Source of the DNA: an uncultured Candidatus Saccharibacteria bacterium
GTDB taxonomy: Bacteria > Patescibacteriota > Saccharimonadia > Saccharimonadales > UBA10212
Direction of reading: 5' to 3'
DNA length: 64,000 bases
NCBI GenBank assembly: GCA_964460855.1
Contig: CAYWQH010000007.1
Span: 5,628 to 69,627, forward strand
Each line of letters begins with the position of its first letter. Within the stretch, counting starts at the first letter, position 1. A model generated the notes under the pieces. The model searched no databases. It had not been told where the DNA came from and was given only the letters and a program-made list of their open reading frames with translations. The position numbers and the translations under genes are program-made. Below, piece by piece: positions 48,101 to 60,100 of the stretch.

Positions 48101-51100
48101 CCGGTAACGTGCTGAACTTGCAGGGTGGTACCAATGCCTCTACGGCGATCGTACTGCGCACCGGCGCTACCGGCGGAAATGCCGGCGGCATAACCATTGG
48201 CAATACAACAGGAGCCAACACGCAGGCTATAAATATCGGTACAAATGCTACCGGTTCATCAACTACCAATGTAACGATTGGTTCGACTGTAGCAGGTACT
48301 ACTACTTTGCAAAGCGCCGGCGGGGTGAAAGTTACGACGCTGGGCACGGCAACGTCCAACTCCGCATACCTGTGCCGCGATAGTTCGACCACTATTCTTA
48401 CCGCCTGTAATACGACTGGCACTGGCGTGGCGTTCGTAAATGGCGGCAATAGCTTTGGTGGAGTTGGAGTACTCGGAACCCTGGACGCTAACGGCCTGCA
48501 AATTGTTACCGGCGCCAGCGGACCTAACGGCCGGGCCTTCTTCTCGGCTACCAGCAACGATTTATACTTCGGTAATGCCAGCACCGGCGGCACGGCTGCA
48601 ACACCTAATGATTTCAACGTTTCCGGTACTGGCAGCTCGACAGCCGGCACAACCGGCGGCGCCCTGACTGTCAGCGGCGGGGCCGGCGCGACCGGTACTA
48701 CCGGCTCTAACGGCGGCGCACTTAACTTGCAGGGCGGTACTGCTTCCGGTACCAACGCCCGGACCGGCGGCGCGGTAGCCATTACTGGCGGCACGCCTTC
48801 GGCTACCGGCGTTGGTGGCGCCATCAGCTTGACTTCCGGGGCCGGCGGCTCAACCTCTGGCAACTCCGGCGCCATTACCATTGCTACCGGCAATACCACC
48901 AGCGGCACGGCCGGCAACATTTCTATCGACGTCGGTACCAGCACCAGCGGTAATGGCACAATATCTATCGGCACCGCCTCCCGCGCCCAAACCATAGCAG
49001 TCGGCAACACTAACGCCAGCACCGGCGTGTCAATCGAGGCCGGCACCGGCGCCTCGGCCATCCAAATCGGCAACGGCGGTACAGCCCATGGCATCCAAAT
49101 CGGTACCGGCGCGGCCGTCCAAACCATCGTTATCGGCTCAACCAATTCCACCAGCGCCACCAGCATCCAGGGCGGCGTTAGCGGCGCGATTAACATCGGC
49201 AGCGTTGCCAGCTCAACATTGGCTTCTACGACAAATATCGCTACAACTAGTGACGCTACCGGCACCCAAGTAGTAAATATCGGCTCCAGCGCCAAGACCA
49301 ACAACGCCGTAACTATCGAAGCGGGCAATACCGGCACGATTGCTATCGGCAATGGCGCGACTGCCCATACCATAAACGTCGGCACCGGCGCAGCCGTCCA
49401 GGGCATAACGATTGGCTCGACTAACACTACCAGTGCTACTAATATCCAAGGCGGCGTTAGCGGCGCGATCAATGTCGGCAGCGTCGGTTCTTCTACTCTG
49501 GCTTCCACCACTCACATCGGCGATACGACCGATGCCACCGGAACCCAATTAGTAACCATCGGCAGCAACGCTAAAGCCGCCAACACTCTAACCTTGCAAG
49601 GCCAAACCGTAAATGTCGGTTCGGTAGGCGCCTCTACAACTGCCACGGCCGTCCATATCGCTGATACTTCCGACGCCACCGGCACCCAAGCCGTTTCTAT
49701 TGGCAGCAACGCCAAGGGAGCCAACAGCCTTACCTTAGATGCCGGAACCGGGGCAACGGCCATCCAAATCGGCAACGGCGGTACAGCCCATGGCATCCAG
49801 ATCGGAACTGGCGCGGCCGTCCAAACATTAGTTATCGGCTCTACGAACACCACTAGCGCCACTAGCATCCAGGGCGGCGTTAGCGGCGCGATTAACATCG
49901 GCAGCGTTGCCAGCTCAACTTTGGCTAGCACTACGAATATCGCTACAACTAGCGACGCTACCGGCACCCAAGTAGTAAATATCGGCTCCAGCGCCAAAGT
50001 TAACAACGCTATTAATATCCAAGGGGGTACTACCGGCGGCATTAATGTGGGTACAGTCGGTTCAGCTACTGCCGGTTCAACCATCCATATCGCTGATACT
50101 TCTGACGGAACGAACACCCAAGCCGTTACCATCGGCAGCAACGCTAAGACAACTAACACCTTAACGCTTCAGGGCCAGACAGTAAGTGTAGGTACAGTAG
50201 GCAGCGCCACTACAGCCACCACCATCCATATCGCCGATACCAGCGACGGCACCAACACTCAAGCAGTTACCATCGGTTCGAACGCCAAAACAACCAATAC
50301 GCTAACGCTTCAAGGCCAAACGGTAAGTATCGGCACCGTAGGTTCGGCTACCACGGCCACCACCATTCACATCGCCGATACTACGGACGCTACCAACTCG
50401 CAAATAGTTACAATCGGTTCAAACGCCAAGAGCACCAACGTCACGTCTATCCAAGGCCAAACGCTTAACCTGGGAGCTGTTGGTTCGGCCACTACTGCCA
50501 CTACGGTTAATATTGCCAATACTTCGGATGGAACGAATACCCAAGCGGTAAATATCGGTAGCAATGCTAAAAGTACTAACACCTTATTACTCGATGCCGG
50601 CACGGCTGCCAATGCCGTCCAAATTGGTAACAGCGCCACAGCCCACGGCATCCAAATCGGTACCGGCGCGGCAGTCCAAACTATCGTTATCGGCTCAACT
50701 AACACCTCTAGCGCCACTAGTATTCAAGGCGGGGTAAGCGGCGCGATCAATGTCGGCAGTGTTGGCAGCTCAACCTTGGCTTCAACCACGCACATCGCTG
50801 ACACTACAGACGCAACTGGTGCCCAGGCAGTTACCATTGGCAGCACCGCCGCTAATGCCGGAAACCTGACGACTTTGCAAGGCGGTACCGACGCTGCTAC
50901 TGCCATCTTGCTAAGGACTGGCGCAACGGGCGGCGCTGCCGGCGGAATAACTATCGGCAACACAACCGGCGCCAATACCCAGACAATTAATGTTGGTACT
51001 AACGCCACTGGCTCGTCGTCTACCGCCGTAAATATTGGCTCAACGGTAGCTGGTATTACCACGCTGCAAAGCGCCGGCGGCGTTAAAGTAATTACCCTCG

Positions 51101-54100
51101 GAAGCGCCGACACCAACACCATTCTTTGTAGAAACTCCAGCAACTTTATCGCCACTTGTACCGGCGCCGCCAACACCTTACAAACCGCTTATAACGCTTC
51201 AACCGGCGGCAGCACTTCGGAAATAATCCTCGACACCACCCGCAATGCCGTAGATATCCAGGACCGCAGTACAAGTAACGGCGGCACAATTGGCGCTAAC
51301 TTATTGAACGTCCGGGCTACAGCTGCCAACGACAGCACTGCCGGCGCCTTACTATTCGGTATCGGCAACACCGGCGCCGCGACATTCCAAAACAGCGCCA
51401 ACTCATCCACGGCCTTCCAAGTCCAGAACGCCACTGGCGAACAAATGCTAAATATCGATACCACAAACTCTAACTTAATTACTAACAGCGGCATCGAAGC
51501 CAACCCGCTGGCTAACTGGAGTTACAACGGCACGCCGGGCTCGGTTACCCGCGACACTTCCACGAGCTACCTGGGCAGCGCTTCGCTTAATGTAACCACT
51601 GCCGGCGGTGCCCTAGACGGCGCCAAGCAAACACTGGCAACTACGCTATCGGCTTCTACGGCTTACTTCATATCCTGGGAAGACAAGCTATCAGCCTCTA
51701 CATTTACCGATGTTAAAGCTATGTTCTCTTATGACGGTACTATCGGTAATGCCATCAGCTGTAGCTCACAAAATACCCAAACGGTTGTAACTACTGGCTG
51801 GACCCGCCATTCCTGCACCTTCACCACAGGCTCGGGCGGCACCGCTCCGACTTCCAGCAACGCCATCTTCATAGTCCAAACCGCCGGCGCTACCCGTACT
51901 TTCTGGATAGACGCCGTGCAGCTTCAACTAACTGCCGCGACCCCTTACACAAACGGTGGAATACAAGTCGGCGGCTCAATAACCTCGCCGACCGTCTTCC
52001 AAAACGCCGTTAACAGCACAACCGCCTTCCAGATCCAAAACGCTGCCGGCACCGGCAACATCTTTGTTGTCGATACGATTAACGGCCGGATTGGCATAAA
52101 TAAGGCTATTCCAACTAATGCGGTTGATGTTATCGGCTCGGTGGCCAGCGACAGCGCCTTCGTATTAGGTACCAGCTCGCTGACTTCCGGCCAGATCCGT
52201 AAAACAATGACCGTCGGCGCGACTAACGTGGCCGCTAAAGACGTAGTTGTATTCGGCCTCGACGGCGCCAGCAATACCAGGGTATTTACGTCTACCACTG
52301 GCCGTGACCCGCGGGTCTTCGGTGTCGCCCAAAGCGCCGTCAGCTCCGGCTCTTCCGTTGACGTAATTATCAGCGGCATGACTCAAGTTAATGTAAACAC
52401 CGGCGATACGATTGCCGTCGGCGACCAATTAGTTGTCAGTACAACCGGCGGCGTGGCGGTTGTCGATAACAATGCTACGCAGGGAATTATCGGCTACGCC
52501 ACCCAGGCCAAAAACAACACCACCCCCGGACCGATCGGCATCTACGTCAAACCCATTAACGGCGTAAACAACCCGATATTTAAGAATACTTCCGACGGCA
52601 CCACGGCCTTCCAGATCCAAAACGCCAACGGCAATAACTACTTATTGGTTAATACTACCGGCGCCACGATCTCGGTCGGCGACACCAGCATCGCTTCAAC
52701 CGTCCAAATCGGTAACACTACCGGAAACGTCACCCAAACTATCAACATCGGCACCAACGCAGCAGGCGGCAGCTCCACCGAAAACGTCAATATCGGTTCC
52801 AGCGTGGCCGGCACCACCGCCATTACCGGGGCTACTACCATCACCAACCGCACGTCAGGTTCAGCCGACACATTGGTAGTAAACAACTCGTCCAGCACCG
52901 GTACCATCGCCAAGTTCCAGGATAACGGCGCTACTGTCTTCCAGTTGGCTGACGGCGGCGCAGCCACCTTCTCCAACCAGACTAACTCGGCTTCGGCCTT
53001 CCAGGTCCAAAACGCTTCGGCCGAACCGCTAATTAACGTCGATACCACTACCCAAAACCTGGTAACCAACGGCAGCTTCGAAACCAACACCACCGGCTGG
53101 GCCTTGAAGGGCAGTGCCAGCATTGCCCGGATAACCAGCGACAGCGCCGTCGGCAACGCCAGCCTGGACGCTACTACTACCGCCGCGGCTAACGACGGTA
53201 TGAAGTACGCCATATCCTTGGTAAGTAACACCAAATATAGCCTGAGCTTCTACGCCAAAGTGTCCGGTACCCCCGGCGCGTTCTTAAGCTACGGTTACGC
53301 CCAAGACGGCTCGACCGAAACCGGTTCGACCACCAGCCTGACCCAAAACGTACTTTCCAACGGCTGGACCAGGTACAACCTGACATTTACTACGGCTACT
53401 GTCAGCGGCTCGCCTTACGTATTCATTAAACAAAGCGATGCCACAATCCGCGAACTTAAGATTGACGGCGTCATGCTTACCAAATTCAGCCAGCTAACCA
53501 ACGCCGGCGGCGAATTGGCTGTTGCCGGCAACTGGGTCACCAAATCAACTGCCGCTGTTACCCAGGATTCAACCTTCTTCTACGCCGGTGCTGACTCGGT
53601 TAAAACGGTTACTACCGCCGCCAACAACGACGGTGTTAAGCAGGCAATTACTTTAAGCGATTCATCCTTCTACACCCTTAGCTTCTACGCTATGCTGGGC
53701 TCCGCCAGCAACGCCATGGCGACCATGGAAGCCGGCTATTCGTCGGATGGTTCTACCGACAATACAGTTTGTACGACTGCTAAGACCTTATACACAGGCT
53801 GGATCAACTATACCTGTACATTCGTTACGCCGTCTTCGCACTCCGGCACGCCATACATATATATCAAGCAAACCGATAACGTAATCCATACGTTCTACAT
53901 TGACGAAGTCCAATTGGTCGCCGGCAATATTCCTAACCAGTACCAAAGCGGCACTATCCAATTAAACGGCGTACTTAACTCGCCGATCGCTATCCAAAAC
54001 GCGACTAACTCAACCACTGCATTCAGCATCCAAAACGCTAGCGCAACTAATGTATTCAATGTTGACACCACCAACGGCGGGGCAATATCGGTCTTTGGCA

Positions 54101-57100
54101 CAACCAACGGCGAAGTCGGCCCGTGGACAACCCAAACTAACAACTTGGCAACCGGATTGAACGACAGCTCCGTAGTTTACGCCAACGGTTACATTTACAT
54201 CCTTGGCGGCGGCGATTCAGGCAATACTGCCCAAACGACCACCCAGTACGCCAAGGTAAATGCCGATGGCAGCTTGGGCAGCTTTACTGCCGGCCCGGCT
54301 TTACCAGCCGGACGCCGGCTGGGCACTGCCGTCTTCTTAAACGGCTACTTATACTACATGAACGGTAGCGGAACAGGCGCGGCCGGCCAGGTTTACTACA
54401 CCCGGGTAAATCCCGACGGCGGGCTTAACGCTTGGCAGACCAACCCGGTTAATATGCCGCAAGCTAACCGCACCGGCATGGCGGCCTTTACTTACAACGG
54501 CTTGATATATGTTTGGGGCGGCAGCGCCACTCAGGACTACACGTTTGTTAAACCCAATACTGATGGCTCCCTAACCAACTTTACTTACGTAACCCAGTAC
54601 ACCCTAAACAGCAACCGCGACTTTACCGGTGTAGCCGTAGCCAACGGTTTCGTTTACTGGGTTGGCGGCCGCAACAATGTGCCTACCGGAACAGCGGTAG
54701 TATCTTACGCGGCAATAAACTCCGACGGCACCCTGGGCACAGCATCAACGACTTCTTCGCTGCCAGAAGCCCGCACGTTTAACGGCCGCGTCGAAATTAT
54801 AAATGGCTACTTATACGCTATTGGCGGCGGCAACGCGTCCGGTACAGCCCGCAACACCGTTTACTACGCCAAGATTAACTCTACGACCGGCGGTGTAGGT
54901 ACTTGGAACACAGCGGTAAATAACCTGCCGATGACTACCGGTGTAACTGATAACGAGACTATCAGCGCTAACGGTTACTTATATAGCATCGGCGGTATCA
55001 TAGACGGTTCGAGCGCACAAAGAACGACTTACTATGCTTCGACCTCCCGGCTTACCCTGGGCGGATCTTTAGACTTGGTAGGAGCTTCGGCAACCAGCAG
55101 CACGATCGCCTCCGGCGGCGGCTCCCTGGTCGCCGGAAATTCCAGCATCCTGGGCAATCTAAACGTCGCCGGCGAATCATCCTTTAACGGCGGCGCGACA
55201 TTTGCCGGCATAATATCTGCCGGGTCAGGCATTAATGTTCAGGGCAGCGCCAATGCCACCTCCATATCAACATCGGCATTATCGGCGCCTACCGGCACTC
55301 CAACAGTTACTCAAACTGGAGCTACCGGAGCCGCCCAGTGGAAGTATGTTGTTACGGCAGTAGATGCTAACGGCAACGAATCGACTACTTCTGCTACGGG
55401 TACTGTAAATAATGGCAATGCCACTGTAAGCACCACAAACTACATTACGGTTACGTTTAATACGGTTCGAGGCGCAAGTTTCTATAATATCTACCGCACC
55501 CAATCTGGCGGTACTCCTAGTAGTACCGGTTTAATATCTTCAGTACCGGCTGGCCCAAATTCCACGCAAACAGTTACCGATATAGGTTACCAGGGCGCCA
55601 CTGGTTCAACCCCGGTTACAACTACTAAATCCGGCAGCGTATCAATAGCCGGATCCATCCAGGGCCAGGCTTCATTCGTCGGCGATATCTTAAGCAGCCA
55701 AATAAACCCGGTCGGCGGCATATCAGTCAACCCGACCCTTGGTTCTGGTACTAGCTATACTTACGGGGTTACCGCGGTCGACCCACAAAACAATGAAACG
55801 GCTGTTGTTACCGCAGCCACGGCAACCGGCGCCGCTACGCTTGATGCCTCGCACTTTAATACTATTGCCTGGAGTCCTGTTCCCGGCGCCGCTAAGTATA
55901 AGATTTACCGTACGGCTTCGTCGGGTACCCCGGCAACAACCGGTTTGATCGGCACTAATACGATATCTAATAACTTTACGAATATAGGCCCGCAAACCTT
56001 CGTCGATAACGGCATTGCCGGCGACGGCAGCACAGCTCCGTCTACAAACACAACCGGCGTGGCAGTCTTTAATGGCTACTCAACAACATCCAGAAGCGCC
56101 GTTAACAACACCGCGGCCTTTGCCGTCCAAAATGCCACTAGCTCAGCCGCGCTGTCGGTTGATACAACCGCGGTCAATACATTCGTCAGCAACAGCAGCT
56201 TTGAAAATAACTTGGTCACCGGCTGGACAGCCAGCGGTACCGGCGCCTCGATTGCCGCCACCACTGCAGAAAAATACGTCGGCAGCTATAGCATGGCCTT
56301 CACCACCGGTACGGCCGTCGGCAACAGCGCCCGCTTAACTATCGGTGCCGTCCTTTCAACCAGCACAACCTATACCCTAAGCTTCTACGCCAAGACCAAC
56401 ACCGCCTTTAACACTATCAGCGCCTCATACGCTTCGGGCGGCTCAACCGCGACTGAAACTGACTGCGCGGTATTAACTCCGGTAACCCGCCAGGTAATAA
56501 CAACTGCCTGGACCCGCTTTACTTGTACGATTACCACCAGCGCGACCTCGCCGACCGGTTCGGCCTATATCGCCATCAAGCAAAGTGACTCAACTTCTAG
56601 GATCCTGTACATCGACGGCGTCCAGATAGAAGCCGGCAGCTCCATTACTACTGGCCAGATTTCCAACACCGGTTTCGAAACCAACACTACCGGCTGGGCT
56701 TACTCTACTGGCGTCGGTACTGGTACTATCGCCCAAAACGCCACGCCATATAACGGCGCCCAGTCGATGAGGCTTAATATTACAGCCGGCGCTATTAATG
56801 CCGGTACCCGCTTCGTAACCAACAACACCGGCGCCACGGCGCTGGCCCAAAACACCGATTACATCCTGAGCTTCTGGGCCAAGTCGACCGGCGCGGTAAC
56901 TAACTTAGCTGCCGCTTATGCGGTTGACGGTACTAACCAGGTAGATTGCCGGCTAAACTCAAATACAGTCAGCTCATCGGCCTGGACCTATTACTACTGT
57001 ACGATTTCAACCGATAGCACTGCCGTTAACGCCGGCGCTTACATTACTATTAAAGAATCTTCCTCGGCTGTTGAGACTATCGATATTGATAACGTCTTGC

Positions 57101-60100
57101 TTACCAAGGCCACTTCGGTAAGCTCGCCGTCGGCCTTCCAGGAAACAGCTATTTCCTTAAACGGGGCAGTTACTTCGCCGACCAGCTTCAAGAACCAGTC
57201 CAACTCCACCACTGCCTTCCAGATCCAGAACTCGGCCGGCGGCAACTTGTTCAGCGTAGACTCCGCTTACTCTAACGTCAGCATCCTGACCAATAACTCC
57301 GGCGACGTAATGCCGTGGCAAACCAACAGCTACCCGTTAAATGCCGCCCGCACTACTGTTAGCAGCGCCGCCTGGAACGGCTATATGTATACGGTTGGGG
57401 ACAACACCACAATCGTAAACTATGCCAAGATTAACTCTAACGGCTCGCTGGGCACCCAAAATACGACAACCGCCTTACCTGTCGCCCGCGAGCGCCAAGG
57501 CCTGGTCGCGGTTAATGGGTATCTCTACTTGGTAGCCGGTTCTAATAGCGGTACCGAAGTAAATAATGTTTACTACGCCAAGATATATAACGACGGCACG
57601 CTAAGCACCTGGGTATTGAGCCCCAACACTTTGGCTAATGCGCGCCGTAACTTAAGTGTTATAGCCGTAAACGGTTACATCTACGCCATCGGCGGTACCA
57701 GCGGCGCAGGCACCTACTACACAGACGTCTCATACGCCAAAGTAAACGCCGACGGTACTACCGGTCCATGGCTAGCTACGACAAGTATGCCGACAACCCG
57801 GCAGCTGGCTGGGGTCGCAGCGGCAAACGGTTACTTATATATACTTGGCGGTTTCAACGGCACGGCATACGACAACGTCACTTACTTCGCGCCTATCAAT
57901 GCTGACGGTACGATAGGCAGCTTCCAAACTACTACCGTACTGCCGGGAACCAGGGGCGCCGGCGCCGCGTATGTAGCCAACGGTTACATATACTTTGTCG
58001 GCGGCGCTACATCCTCAACGCAAGGCGTTGAATACGCCCAGCTAAATCCCAACGGCCAAATCGGCAGCTGGACGGCTTCAAATAACCAATTGCCGAATCC
58101 CCGAGGTTTCTACGGTTATTCGTTCGTAAACGGCTATATGTATGTAATTGGCGGTTATGATGGATCGGCGGCCGCCGCGACCGTTTACTACACGTCAACC
58201 TCGCGTATCAGCGCCGCCGGTTCTATCGACCTGGTTGGCACAAGCTCCGAAAATCTAGCCGATGTAGGCCAAACCACCGGCGGATCAATCACGGCCGGCA
58301 ACGGTACGTTCGTAGGCGACTTGAATGTAAACGGCTTGGCCTACTTCAACAATAACGTGACGGTAAATAAAGAATTGCGCGTCGATGGCAGCACAACAAT
58401 TAAAAATGTCACCGGCAGTACTAATATGCTGCAAATCCAAAATGCCGGTGGCAGCAACGTATTCACCACGAACACGGTCAACTTAATCCGTAACAGCAAC
58501 TTCGAAGGCGGCACCAGCGGCATAGATAATGAGGTAGATTTCTGGGCCAAGCGCGGCGCTACGACTACCCTGGCTGTTGATAACACCCAGTCTTACTTTG
58601 GCCAGCAATCGATGAAAGTAGTAACTTCGGCCGCTACCACCGACGGCGTTAAATATAACTTCGTCTTTACGCCGAGCACCAGCTACGCCATGAGCTTCTA
58701 TATTAAAGATACAACTGGCACCATAGCCACCATGAGCTACGGCCGCACCGACACCGGCGCCGGAGCAGGCGAAACTGCTTGCCAAAGCTCGCAAACCATC
58801 AGCAGCACCTGGACCCGCTTTACCTGCAGCTTTACCACCGGCGCGACTATCGGCGCCAGCGGCACGCCATACATATATATAAATGCCGGTACCGCATCCC
58901 ACACATTCTACGTCGATGGCGTCCAGTTAGAGCAGGTGGGCAGCACTTCTGTCAGCGCCAGCGACTACCGCGGCGGCGACGTAACGGTTGATGGCATCGC
59001 CACCTTCAAGTCGACCGCCGACACGGCCACCGTACTGCAAATCCAAAACAGCAACAGCGCCAACCTGCTGTCCGCCGACTCAACCGGCAATGCTCCAACA
59101 GTTAACTTGGTTTCCGATAGCGGCGCCGAAGTAGCCGGCAGCACATCTACGACCTTCCCGAGTTCGACCTGGGCCGCCCAGGCTTCGTCTACCGTCGCCC
59201 GCGACGTCAGCATATATAACAGCGGCACGGGCAGTGTCAGCGTCAATATGGGTACCACCGCCAACAACGGCGTTAAGAATACCTTGGTATCCAGCCCGGC
59301 AACTAACACCGAATACATCGTATCGTTCAACGCCAAACTGATTGCCGGTACGGCCTGGACAACTATGGACGTCGAATATTCCGCCGACAACGGCTCAACA
59401 CTGGTAGCTTGTAGTAACTACAATACCCAAACCATCGTAACCACCGGCTGGACAAAAGTAACCTGTATGATTGCCAGCACCGGCGCCACCGCCGTCACAA
59501 CACCACTTCTGATCATCCGCCAAACCGACACGCCGGGCTCCGGCCGTACCTTCAACATCGATAACGCCAGCTTCATTAAGCAAGACGCCGGCACCAACGC
59601 CGTCAGCACCATCCGCCTGGGTGGCAACACCGGCCAGGGCTTAACCTTGCTAACACTGGATTCCTTCGCCGACCGGCCGTTTACCGGCGCCACCAACACT
59701 TCGCTGCTGGGCAGCATGTACTACGACACTACCATCGGCAAGATCCAGTGTTACGAAGCCGCCGGCTGGGGTACTTGCGGTTCGCGCCTACCGCAAACCG
59801 TAACACTTAACCCCGAATATCCGGGCGCCGTACTAACCGGCGACGGCACCAACAACACCGGTAGCATGACCTCCGACTTCTGTTCGGGCACCGGCCGGTT
59901 GAACATCAACGTTAGCGGCTCCAACTGTGGTACCAACGACGAATTCAACTACTACGCTTGGACCGCCCAAGCTACAAACGACTATGACATCTACGTTAAG
60001 TACCAGCTGCCGAGCGACTTCAACGGCTGGAGCAGCGACACCTCGATTAAGATGTACGGCTGGGTAACGGCTACTTCTACCGATAAGGTCGAGCTGGCTA

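Larger units (their letters stand above)
47190..51180 (+). repeat. Fibre/solenoid-like repeat region of giant 2 (interleaved ~47-aa and ~88-aa units)
   Basis: The ~88-aa unit (L/I)(E/D)AGTGA.AIQIGNG.TAHGIQIGTGAAVQT.V.GSTN..SATSIQGGVSGAIN.GSV.SSTLASTT starts near 47410, 49033, 49310, 49735 and 50590. The 47-aa units lie between them. Confidence 0.8.

Noticed and set aside
48033-49511. 492-aa minus-strand ORF, together with dozens of other 60-215-aa minus-strand ORFs inside the giant genes (27.3-40.9 kb, 42.2-60.3 kb, 61.4-64 kb)
   Set aside because: They are antisense to uninterrupted, motif-rich + strand ORFs. The Thr/Gly/Ala/Ser/Asn codon bias (ACC, GGC, GCC...) of the sense strand leaves the antisense frame free of stops. 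Their translations are low-complexity (P/V/A/L-rich) with no motifs.
47611-50590. Regularly spaced 141-nt repeats, checked as a possible CRISPR array or satellite
   Set aside because: The units are contiguous (no spacers), in frame within an 18-kb ORF, and conserved at the protein rather than the DNA level. No cas genes are present in the window.
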